Below the pieces are notes generated by a model. That model had not been told where the DNA came from. It searched no databases and worked only from the letters and a program-made list of their open reading frames with translations. Position numbers and translations under genes: made by a program. DNA of 64,000 nucleotides from Candidatus Latescibacterota bacterium (lineage in GTDB: Bacteria > Latescibacterota > UBA2968 > GCA-2709665). Of this stretch, positions 51,556-60,865 are shown piece after piece (positions within the stretch are counted from its first letter, which is position 1; every line of letters begins with the position of its first letter). The stretch lies in the NCBI GenBank assembly GCA_965219455.1, contig OZ244744.1, forward strand, positions 1,920,001-1,984,000, in the 5' to 3' direction.

Positions 51556-53520
51556 CTATTCAATCCACGGGTGGATGCTATGTCCGGCTCCGGGGAACAT
51601 GAACATATCCACGAGAAACGCGCCCGTTATTCCAAGTACGTGCCCCACCAGCAGGCCAAGGAAAAACGGCTGCGCCTGTCTGAACAGCGTATTCCCGCCC
51701 ACGCGAAGGATAACCGATTTGCAGGACCACGCCAGAAACAGCGTCAGTGCGAAATTCCTCACCAGATCCGTCCCCATAATGGCGAACCCCACCGGATGGA
51801 TCGGCCACCACGGAAACCGGTAGCGGAGTAAAGTCAGTAAAGCCATGACCGCGGCGCCGATACCGAAAAACATAATCCGATTCCAGTCGAGCTCGAACGG
51901 CTCCTTGATCTTGCTCACGGTATCCGGAAAATTGTGCACGCCCCCGCAGATGAAGCCGTGTCCGAAATTCTCGGCCCCGCCGGTATAGCCCAGATAGAGC
52001 GTCCCGATGATCACGACCAGGGTCGTCGCCACGAACGACAGACCGACTGCCCAGAACAGCCGCCTTCCCCGATCCCGGATCTGTCCGGCCACCTTGGCCA
52101 CGTGCGACATCTGCGACGTCGAATTCGCGTGAATCGGATAGGAAAACAGGAGCGTGGTCAGGCTCGACGGCGAGACCGCTTTGGCGCCGAGCAGATACAC
52201 CGAAAAGCTCTGCGCCGTCATTGGCCCCTGCACGTACAACAGGCCCGATTCGGCGATGATTCGCGCGACGCCGATGTAGAGAACGAATAACATCGCCACC
52301 AGCGGAATCGCCATCTGCAAGTCCATTCCCGCCCGATTCAGCCACACGACCGTGAATACAATACCCACCACTATCCCCACAACCGCGGTCCGGTACGACA
52401 GCATCTCCCGCGAATCGTCCACGGGATGGTCCGACCGCCACGCCTTCATCGCCACGTCTCTCAGGTGGCGCCTGGCCATCCACAGGCCGAACAACACGAA
52501 GACGCAGAACGCGCCCAGACCCTGCCAGCTTGACGCCGCGTCGTAGGACCCGTACCGGTCGCCTCTACCGCCGATGCTGTAGCCCAGCCGGTTGAAAATC
52601 CCGAACTCCAGGACAAACACCGCGAAAAAGAACCAGACGCTGAACAGCACGTCCAGATTTGCAAAATAGGAAAACGCGATGGAAAACGGGTCTATATAGC
52701 TGAACATCGGCGGCATATCCCGACCGAAGAAGGCATACACCCTGCCCCGGACCGGCATCTCGGGAAAGGCCGGAGAAATCCATGGCAGCGCATTCCAGAA
52801 AATAAATACGAACGCGATCCCCGCACCGAACCAGAACAGCTTTCCGCGGGCGAACTGCGGCCACCATCCGCTGGAATCCGAACCCCTGGCCATCTCCACG
52901 ATCGGTTCCAGCACGGGGAATCGCAGCCGCTCGTGTTCCACCCACTGTTTCCGGAGTACCACCGAAAGAGAAGCCGCGGCAAAAGCCAGCACACAGAACA
53001 GAAGCCCCCACCAGAACATGGGCACGACCCACGCGCCCCATGGAATCGTACCCTGACCACCCGGCAGGCCATTGAAGAGAAGCGTAACGGCGCCGTCCAC
53101 GTCGAGGGGCGCAACCCAGGAAGGCAGGTGGGGTTGAAGGAGGTTGCCCCACTGGTTCTCCGGGGTGGCCAGGTAGTACGGAATTGTTATAAAGGCATAT
53201 AATGCCGCGATGGGAGCGCCGCCCATCAGCCCCATCGCGAAAATCGTCAGTATTTCCGCAAGGTTCAGCCCGCCGGACCGCAGGACCCGCTTCAGGAGAG
53301 GATTCAGGGCGAACAGGACAAGCAGGATCGCAATGAAAAGGGCTGGCGACAGAAAACCGGCCGTCACGCCGGACGACCGGATCACGCGGCTGGAAAAGAT
53401 CCCCCAGCCCTGAATGAACAGGGCCACGCCAAGCCCGATGGCGACCGCACGCACGGTTACGCCCCGTCGTTCCAGGCCCACGGCCGCTTCAGGGTGTGAT
53501 TCCGGCTGCGCTTCCTGCAT
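51556..53520 (-). CDS. DUF6785/DUF6784-like polytopic membrane protein (paralogue)
   Basis: YYLATPENQW, KQWVEHERLRFP, WWPIHPVG, PFFLG. Confidence 0.8.
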   Translation of the reverse strand: MQEAQPESHPEAAVGLERRGVTVRAVAIGLGVALFIQGWGIFSSRVIRSSGVTAGFLSPALFIAILLVLFALNPLLKRVLRSGGLNLAEILTIFAMGLMGGAPIAALYAFITIPYYLATPENQWGNLLQPHLPSWVAPLDVDGAVTLLFNGLPGGQGTIPWGAWVVPMFWWGLLFCVLAFAAASLSVVLRKQWVEHERLRFPVLEPIVEMARGSDSSGWWPQFARGKLFWFGAGIAFVFIFWNALPWISPAFPEMPVRGRVYAFFGRDMPPMFSYIDPFSIAFSYFANLDVLFSVWFFFAVFVLEFGIFNRLGYSIGGRGDRYGSYDAASSWQGLGAFCVFVLFGLWMARRHLRDVAMKAWRSDHPVDDSREMLSYRTAVVGIVVGIVFTVVWLNRAGMDLQMAIPLVAMLFVLYIGVARIIAESGLLYVQGPMTAQSFSVYLLGAKAVSPSSLTTLLFSYPIHANSTSQMSHVAKVAGQIRDRGRRLFWAVGLSFVATTLVVIIGTLYLGYTGGAENFGHGFICGGVHNFPDTVSKIKEPFELDWNRIMFFGIGAAVMALLTLLRYRFPWWPIHPVGFAIMGTDLVRNFALTLFLAWSCKSVILRVGGNTLFRQAQPFFLGLLVGHVLGITGAFLVDMFMFPGAGHSIHPWIE

Positions 53521-53763
53521 AACCGTCTCCCGTTTTACCAGTGTCCCGTCCCGGAAACAGATTGCCGAATTGGCGGCCGCTTTCCCCGTGTCTCATCGGC
53601 CTCGCGGTCTGCCTTCCCACGTGTTGCAGCGCGTGGAAAAGCACAACGCGCATAATATGGAAATATCTCGAAAGTTCAAGGGAAAAGGGGCCCCATGTCG
53701 GAACCCGGCGCCGCGTACCCGGCCGCCACGGCGGCAAACCCGCAACCCGACGTCGAACGGTTT

Positions 53764-56700
53764 TCAGGTTCGCCGCACCAGGCATCTACTCCCGGAATTC
53801 GGAATCGAAATCCGATCGCCCGGCTTGAAGTCCAGAATCTCGAAGCGGCTGCCGGCCCGCAGTCCGGCCACCGATTCCAGACGGAGTTTCTTGAACGCCA
53901 GCAGTTCGACGATCCGTGACATGAACGAACCGTCCTCCGTACGCAGCACCTTTCCTCTGTATTCGCCCTTGTCTCCGCTGTTGTTGAAACCCCACGCAAA
54001 CGCAATCGGCACGTCGCAGACCAGAATGTCCGGGGCCTCCACGGAGACAACCGTCCCTCTGGCCAGCCGGGGGTCGCCGTGCTGCAGAACAAGCAGGGCG
54101 CTTCGCCCGTCCTCGGCGGCCATAACCCGGTAGCCCGAACCGTGGGAATAGGCCGTGTCCCCGGCGTCCGCTTCCACGCGGCACAACCGTCCCTCCAGAG
54201 GCATCCCTTCCGGCAGGCCCCGGTCGATCGAAACGGTCTCCGCATCGGCATCCAACGCCGTGATCCGAGCTTCGAAATGGGTCTGAGGAAGTGTCGTTTC
54301 TGCGTCTCCAAACCGGAGGCGCGTCCCTTCGACCAGATAGAGCGCCACCTCTCCGTCGCGTTCGCGTACGACGCCGAACCGGCCTGTCAGCGCGATGGAA
54401 ACCCCGTTGCGATCCCGGATTTCGATCGAACCGTCCCTCGAATAGAGATGCGTATCCCGCGCGCCGTCCGCCAGTTCGACCCGCACCGCGGCGCTGCCCG
54501 TTTCCGAGTCGCGAGCAAGCACCGTAGTCCCGACCACGTTGCGCGAACCGGAAAACGCCTCGAACACGCCGACGAACAGGCTTTTCAGATCCTGGCCTTC
54601 CCGCCGGACGATCAGGCGATGGATCTGCTGGACGCCTTTCAAATCGGGGCCCTTCGCGGCGATCAGGGTCGCTCCCGGATCAGCGGGTAACCAGACACCG
54701 AAATGGGTATCCCGCGCGTCGCCGAAGCGCCACTGTGCGTACGTATCGCGTTCCAGCGCGGCGGTCTTCACGTCGTGGACGAACGCATACCCGTTTCCGG
54801 GGGGCGACAGCCATCCGTATGGCAACGGGCTTCCGTCCGGAGCGGCCACGCCCTGGATGCGATCGTTGGGACCGATCCGTTCCCCCCAGCTTTTTCCGGG
54901 CGCGTTCGCCTCTTCGGAACCGTCCATGGTCCCCAGCGCCGCCAGCGTCCAGACACCCGCGCGGGCCTCCGGCGACACGCCTTCCAACAAATACGACCCT
55001 GAGTCCCCTTCGAAGAACCTGGGACCGTTCATCGCATAGTCGTGGATGCGCCCTCCGGCCACCAGGAACAGGTCCAGCGTGTAGGACGTCTCCTCGTCCA
55101 CGTCACAAAAGATCAGCGCCCGGCGGTACTCGGTTGCACCCTGGTGGATCCTGGACAGCGGCGCGGAGTACTCCGCGATCTTCACGCCGCCCAGATCCTC
55201 GAAGGCGACCAGGTCCGCGCTCGGAACGAATTCGTAGCCCTGAGACGTGGGAATATCCTCGTCCACGGTTACCATCGCGTGGGAGATCGCCCGCATGCCC
55301 CATCCTTTATGCACGTGCGAACCGGCCAGGGCATAACCCACGTCTTCGATGACCGTGCGGCCCTTGTCGTACAGAAACACCGCCAGCTGGTCGTCCTGCG
55401 ACAACAGATTCGCGCCTCCCCGCACAATCAGCGCGCGCGACCGGTCTCCTGTCCCGCTGCGCAGGACCACCACGCCTTTATGACCGACAAAGGAAGAACC
55501 GCAGGCGGGCTCGGCCCCTTCTTCACCGGCAGGCCCGGGTTCGGAATTAAACAGCGCCCACGTGCCATTGCGGACGTTTTCGGCGGCGCCATCCGACAGA
55601 TCCAGCAGCATTTCCTTCGCCTGCAGCCGTGTCTGCGCGTTATCGCTCCGGAAGTAGAGCCGTTCCAGCAGCGACCAGTGCGAGGGCATCACCTGGCGTT
55701 CCGAGGGCGGCCGGTAACCCGGGAGCGCGTTCGTATTTCCATAGGAGGGGATGCGGCCGCACGCCCGGATCAGTTCCGTGTACTCCAGGCACAACCGGAC
55801 GAGGCGGGGATGATCGAAGGCGTTCTTCATCCCCATCAGCGCCTCCGCCGTCGGGTAATCTTCGAGTGAAGCGTACTTGCCGGGATCGTAGTGATACATC
55901 AGTTCCGCCACGTCCTGCATCAGCGTACCGGAGAAATACGCGTACATCTCGGAGTTCTCGTAGTATCCTCCGTCCCTGCCGAGCACATTATCCAGAAAGG
56001 ACCGGAAAGCCCCTCCCGCCCAGGTAATGAAATCGGGTCTGCCGGTCGCCAGGCCGATGGACAGCAGCGCCCGGAATCCATCCAGTTCGTGATTCTGAAA
56101 ATGCGTGAGATTACCCCCATGCAGATTGTACCCTCCTCCCTCCGTCATCACGTAATCTTCCAGCATGCCCTCGGCGATATTTTCCCTGATGCATATGCGC
56201 CCGTTGCCGCGTGTCGGAGACGGCTCATCCATCCCGTCAAGACCGGAGATCAGGTCGTATGCCTGCATGTCCACGAATCGCTGCCGGTTGACGTGGCACG
56301 TCTCCGCGTGCATGCGCCCCATCTCCCGCTCCTGGCCTTCGGGAATATCCAGCGGACCGATCGTCGTGGGCGCCAGCGTGGCCAGCGCGTCGTAAATCAG
56401 CAGAGCTTTCTCGCCGAACCTGGTCTCGCCGGTAATCGCATAGGCCAGAGCCAGATTCAACAGCGCGTTATCCGTGGGCCCGCCGGACCCGTACGAATAG
56501 GTGCTCAGCATACTCACGACATAGCTGTTCCACACGGGAACCGGCGCGAACCATTTCCCTTCGTAGTAGAAGCCGTGTCCTTCGTCGCTGAACCGGGACC
56601 CCTTCCGGTTCTCCGGATATTCGCGCCCGCAGTCCGCACAGAAAGCCCGCCGGGGCTGTGCCACATCGCACCGCCAGGCCGCCTTGCAGCAGGGGCTCCC

Positions 56701-56940
56701 GTTCCGTCCGCTGCAGAAAATCGACCCGCGGGCCGGCACCAGCGCCAGTATCTCCTCGTCGGACACCCGGACCCACCTCTCCGCAACCGTGCTGATCCGC
56801 TCCCATTCCTTCGCGGCCCACGCCTGCGTACGGATATTCTCCCGGGCCCGGCGAATCCCTTCCTCCGTGTACCAGATTGACCTTCCCGGCCGTGGCACCG
56901 GCGCATTCTGATCGATAGGCAACATAAGCTCCCTTTCCAT
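53764..56940 (-). CDS. Heparinase II/III-like protein with Cys-rich N-terminus
   Basis: CADCGREYP, NHE, DGGYYENSEMY, VVLRSG, SHAMVTVD. Confidence 0.8.
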   Translation of the reverse strand: MERELMLPIDQNAPVPRPGRSIWYTEEGIRRARENIRTQAWAAKEWERISTVAERWVRVSDEEILALVPARGSIFCSGRNGSPCCKAAWRCDVAQPRRAFCADCGREYPENRKGSRFSDEGHGFYYEGKWFAPVPVWNSYVVSMLSTYSYGSGGPTDNALLNLALAYAITGETRFGEKALLIYDALATLAPTTIGPLDIPEGQEREMGRMHAETCHVNRQRFVDMQAYDLISGLDGMDEPSPTRGNGRICIRENIAEGMLEDYVMTEGGGYNLHGGNLTHFQNHELDGFRALLSIGLATGRPDFITWAGGAFRSFLDNVLGRDGGYYENSEMYAYFSGTLMQDVAELMYHYDPGKYASLEDYPTAEALMGMKNAFDHPRLVRLCLEYTELIRACGRIPSYGNTNALPGYRPPSERQVMPSHWSLLERLYFRSDNAQTRLQAKEMLLDLSDGAAENVRNGTWALFNSEPGPAGEEGAEPACGSSFVGHKGVVVLRSGTGDRSRALIVRGGANLLSQDDQLAVFLYDKGRTVIEDVGYALAGSHVHKGWGMRAISHAMVTVDEDIPTSQGYEFVPSADLVAFEDLGGVKIAEYSAPLSRIHQGATEYRRALIFCDVDEETSYTLDLFLVAGGRIHDYAMNGPRFFEGDSGSYLLEGVSPEARAGVWTLAALGTMDGSEEANAPGKSWGERIGPNDRIQGVAAPDGSPLPYGWLSPPGNGYAFVHDVKTAALERDTYAQWRFGDARDTHFGVWLPADPGATLIAAKGPDLKGVQQIHRLIVRREGQDLKSLFVGVFEAFSGSRNVVGTTVLARDSETGSAAVRVELADGARDTHLYSRDGSIEIRDRNGVSIALTGRFGVVRERDGEVALYLVEGTRLRFGDAETTLPQTHFEARITALDADAETVSIDRGLPEGMPLEGRLCRVEADAGDTAYSHGSGYRVMAAEDGRSALLVLQHGDPRLARGTVVSVEAPDILVCDVPIAFAWGFNNSGDKGEYRGKVLRTEDGSFMSRIVELLAFKKLRLESVAGLRAGSRFEILDFKPGDRISIPNSGSRCLVRRT

Positions 56941-56979
56941 CGAATTTCCTCACATCGCTCCGGACGCCTCGAACGCGCC

Positions 56980-58002
56980 CTAAATGGGTATGGATCTTCC
57001 GGTGCTGGCGGCCTCTCTCGCAGCAAGCGCGATCTTCATGGCGAGTCTGCCGTCCTCACCGGTCGTCAGGGGCGTTTTACCCGCCCGTACGCAACCGATG
57101 AAATGCTCGACTTCGGCCAGCAGCGCCCCCTGAATTCCGCGTTCGGCCATCGGCCACGTAATCGAATCGGCCAACTCGAAGCCGGCGTCCGTAAATACCT
57201 TCAAGGGCTGTGACATAAAGTCGACGTGCAAGACCCCCCGGTCTCCCAGGATCTCGATATTCCGGTCCACGCCGTGAGGATAGGTTCCCGGGTACGCAAA
57301 GGTCTCGTAGAGCGCCGCGATGGACCCATTGGGAAACTTGAACGTCATCACCGCGCAATCCGTGAAATTCTGATCCTTCAGAATGAGTTGGCCCATCTCA
57401 CCGTACACCCGTTCCGGCGCCCCTCCCATCAACCAGCAAACCAGATCGATATTGTGAGGCCCGGCATAGTTCAGAACGCCGCCGGTCTCATCGTCATTCA
57501 CCCAAGCCCTGCCTCTCAGCACGGAAAGCGGATGGCATCGCCTGGCGAACATCATCCTGGGCGTGCCGATCTCGCCCGCCTCGATCCGCCTTTTGGCTTC
57601 GGCGCAGGGATGGCTGTACCGCTCCGTGAATCCGACCATCAGAATCACACCGTTCTCACGCGCTTCTCGTATCATCCGATCCGCCTCTTCGGGAGATCGG
57701 CACATCGGCTTCTCGCACAACACGTGTTTTTTCGCCCGCGCGGCCAGGACCGTGTGCTCGCAGTGAAATTCATCGGGCGTGGCCACGATGATCGCGTGGA
57801 TATCCGGATCCCGCAACATCTCGAGATAGTGGGTGGCCCATCCCGCAACCCCGCAGGATTCCGCCGCCGCCCTCGCAGACTCCTCGTGTCGGGTGCAGAA
57901 CATCCGTACTTCGGCTCCCGCGCACGATCCGATGGCCATGGCGAAATTCCGACCCGCCTTGCCTCCCCCGATAATTCCAATCCCTATGTCGCTCTCACGC
58001 AT
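56980..58002 (-). CDS. Gfo/Idh/MocA family oxidoreductase
   Basis: IGIIGGG, KHVLCEKP, GGVL...HNID; likely start MRESDIG. Confidence 0.92.
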   Translation of the reverse strand: MRESDIGIGIIGGGKAGRNFAMAIGSCAGAEVRMFCTRHEESARAAAESCGVAGWATHYLEMLRDPDIHAIIVATPDEFHCEHTVLAARAKKHVLCEKPMCRSPEEADRMIREARENGVILMVGFTERYSHPCAEAKRRIEAGEIGTPRMMFARRCHPLSVLRGRAWVNDDETGGVLNYAGPHNIDLVCWLMGGAPERVYGEMGQLILKDQNFTDCAVMTFKFPNGSIAALYETFAYPGTYPHGVDRNIEILGDRGVLHVDFMSQPLKVFTDAGFELADSITWPMAERGIQGALLAEVEHFIGCVRAGKTPLTTGEDGRLAMKIALAAREAASTGRSIPI

Positions 58003-58160
58003 GGTGAATCCCCCATCCGCCCGATGCCTCATCAGGAGAACCGTGACGCCCGCGCCGCCCCGACACGACGGCACCTAACGGGTCGTTCGAAAAAGTGCCC
58101 GGCCGCAAATTTTCGGAAGTACTGCCGCCAGCACACGGGTAAACCGAACCGTTCCGCATA

Positions 58161-60203
58161 TCATGGCCCCGTCGAAGTGACGACCTTTAGGCTAAGGCTC
58201 TTTGAGCCCTCCAAAAACAGATCGACGTCCTTCTGAGTGGAAACGGTCGCCGCGGGACCCTGCTGCGGAATGCCCCCTCCCAGGCCGCCCGTCAAGACGC
58301 CTAAAAGTCCGCCTTCGGGCAAAGCAGTCGAGTCCGCGGGTGCTTCGAATGGCATGGCGAACATCAGCCGGGCTTTCAATACGACGTTCTTGTCCTCGCC
58401 ATTGACCCTTCCAAAGACGTCGTCCAGCGTCTCCTCGCTCCCGAATCCATCGGAGGGCCCAAACAGGCCGAACAAAGGCGGCGGTCCATCTCCCCCGGCA
58501 ACGTCTTCCGCCAACATCGCAGCCGAACCGGCTTCGAGCCGGTAGACGCCTGCGGGAAACGTATCCGGCACGCTGAGCGTCAATTCGATCACCCGGTCTA
58601 TGCGGCGTCCAACGCGCAACGCGGCGGTAACGGCCAGCATGTCCCCGGGACTTATAACGGTGTCTGCGGTCACTTCAACGATCCTGGCGAAACGGGGCTC
58701 GGGAATCACCTCTACATGGACCCCTGCATCCGTCACCTGCAATGCGTAATCGTCCCTCGTCATCAGATCGGCGAGCGAGGAAGAGAGGTCCGCACCGGCG
58801 TTCCGGACCAGAGAGGCGAGATGTCCCTCGGGGGAGGCGTAGAGACGGGACCGCGCGAGCGTGGAATCGGAGCCGTCAAAGGAGATATCCGCGGTCACGA
58901 GTATACTGTGGTCCGGGTCCTGCTCGACCCGGTTGGAAAGAGGTGTGAAGAACGCACTAACGACGAGAGAGATCGACCTATTAGTGCTCACGCCGACGGT
59001 GGGCATCCTATGCAAGAGCTCCACGACGCCACCCGATGGGAACGTATACACGCTTTTGATCGGCACGAGGTCCGGCCCGTCATCAAGCACGCCGCGAACC
59101 CCGGGCAGGCGGTCTTCGGTGAGCGTGCCGCGCACCGTCGGGTTCAGCGTAGCGAATTTAAACGGCGCGAACACATTGGATATCTCTCCGAGCACTTTTG
59201 CTTCGATTATGGGAAGCGCCACAGGTCCTGCTTCCTGCATGGGATGTCCGAAACCATAGATCCGGTCGCCGTCCACGAAGGAGATGGTTCCCAGGCTGGC
59301 GAAGGTAAGCTCGCCCAGCAGCAAACCCACGGCCAGCGGCCTGCCGGGCGCAAAGCTCGTCTGGCGCTCCCTCGTCAAACCGGCGGCGACCGCGTCGCTC
59401 AGGAGAGACGGACTCCCTTCCGGCGATGGCTGGACACGATTGAGACCGGTACTCAACAGCGGGATGTCCAGGGGGACGATCCGGCTTCCCTCCCACGTAG
59501 CCGCTCGCTTGGCCAGGGGTACCGCCCCCCTGGTGCCGATAACCCATTCCATGGGAGTCGCAAAAAAGTAGTAAGGCGGGCTGTCCTGGGCGTCGAAACC
59601 ATAAGCAATGGCGCCCCACACGCCCTGCTCCGTGAAGATGGGAGAACCGCTCATGCCCTTTGAAATACCTCCCAGGCTTACCAGGACAGAATCGGAGGCT
59701 TCCACCATGTAGACCGGCATGGGAGGCAGGAAATCGTCCACCACCTGGATGAACTTCATTTCCAGGTCCGTGAGCTCGCCATTGGCGAATTCCGTCCGCA
59801 TGAACACACGCGTGCCCGCAGGCGCCGACCGGACCGAGTCGATCGGCACAACCCTTGAAAGATCCCAGGGTTGCAGCTTCCCGGAGGAAACGTTCTTCCC
59901 GTAGTTCCGTGCAAAGATCACAAAGTCCGAAAACCCGATTTCCCCGTCACCGTTCAGATCGAACCTCGCATCATATCCGTCATCGCCCGGACTTAGTCCG
60001 AATTTTGCCGCAAACTGCAAAAAATCACTGAAGCTGACCGTCCCGTCGCCGTCGAAGTCCGGAAGAGACGCGGTGTTATGGTCATGGGAATTGACGGTGA
60101 TCCCTTGTAATGTCGTGCGATCTGCATCCGCGTCCGAACCCGTAGCGACGAATGCCAACAACGCGAAAGCGGAAATTAACACAATATTCTTTTTGGAAAA
60201 CAT
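58161..60203 (-). CDS. Secreted dockerin/EF-hand plus SpoIVB-like (S55) peptidase, copy 1
   Basis: Signal peptide, DFDGDGTVSFSDF and DLNGDGEIGFSDF, GGISKGMSGSP, GFGHP. Confidence 0.85.
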   Translation of the reverse strand: MFSKKNIVLISAFALLAFVATGSDADADRTTLQGITVNSHDHNTASLPDFDGDGTVSFSDFLQFAAKFGLSPGDDGYDARFDLNGDGEIGFSDFVIFARNYGKNVSSGKLQPWDLSRVVPIDSVRSAPAGTRVFMRTEFANGELTDLEMKFIQVVDDFLPPMPVYMVEASDSVLVSLGGISKGMSGSPIFTEQGVWGAIAYGFDAQDSPPYYFFATPMEWVIGTRGAVPLAKRAATWEGSRIVPLDIPLLSTGLNRVQPSPEGSPSLLSDAVAAGLTRERQTSFAPGRPLAVGLLLGELTFASLGTISFVDGDRIYGFGHPMQEAGPVALPIIEAKVLGEISNVFAPFKFATLNPTVRGTLTEDRLPGVRGVLDDGPDLVPIKSVYTFPSGGVVELLHRMPTVGVSTNRSISLVVSAFFTPLSNRVEQDPDHSILVTADISFDGSDSTLARSRLYASPEGHLASLVRNAGADLSSSLADLMTRDDYALQVTDAGVHVEVIPEPRFARIVEVTADTVISPGDMLAVTAALRVGRRIDRVIELTLSVPDTFPAGVYRLEAGSAAMLAEDVAGGDGPPPLFGLFGPSDGFGSEETLDDVFGRVNGEDKNVVLKARLMFAMPFEAPADSTALPEGGLLGVLTGGLGGGIPQQGPAATVSTQKDVDLFLEGSKSLSLKVVTSTGP

Positions 60204-60339
60204 GTTCCGCGATCCTCCCCGTTGTACGTTGGTGTTAACGCGGCTACATAAAGTGGTTTGGCAAACCTGCTGCCGATATGCCGACCCGTTCCTGACTCAA
60301 AAGGGCTTGTCAAAAAATTGCTGCGGAAACAGTTCGCAT

Positions 60340-60819
60340 CGGTATGTGTCAAGTATTTTGAGACAGCGAGCCCAAAAAATAAGAGTAGAATGTCCGGTGT
60401 CAGATCCTCGGTTTTCGGCTTGTTGATCCAAACGGCGTCAGGTAAGGCCGGCGGTGTGGGCAGGCCTCGCACAAACCGTTCCGGATGTGCCGCGTAGGCC
60501 GCTGTCAACACCCGCTGACAATGCGCGTGAACCTTTGGCGCCTGTCCATAGTGTACCGTTGCAGGGGTCATCAATCCCAATCCCGTGTGATGATGCTTAA
60601 AGTTGTACCACGAAAAGAAGCGGCGTGCCCAACCTCCGACATCTTCGGGACAGCCAAGCCGGTCGGGATAATCAGATCGATACTTCATCGTTTTGAACTG
60701 TGCTTCTGAATACGGGTTGTCATCAGGCACGTGAGGTCTGGCGTGAGATTTGGTCACGCCCAGGTCGGACAATAAAAGCGCCAGGCTTCTGACCGCCATC
60801 GGGCCGCCTCGATCTGAAT
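60340..60819 (-). pseudogene. IS3-family transposase 3' remnant with a probable right inverted repeat
   Basis: HSDRG, SHARPHVPDDNPYSEAQFKTMKY, WYN...H...TP, HPERF; IR-like TGTGTCAAGTATTTTGAGACA near 60345-60365; N-terminus missing. Confidence 0.85.
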
Positions 60820-60865
60820 GGAAGTATTGCCGCCAGGACACGGGTAAACCGGACCGTTCCGCATA

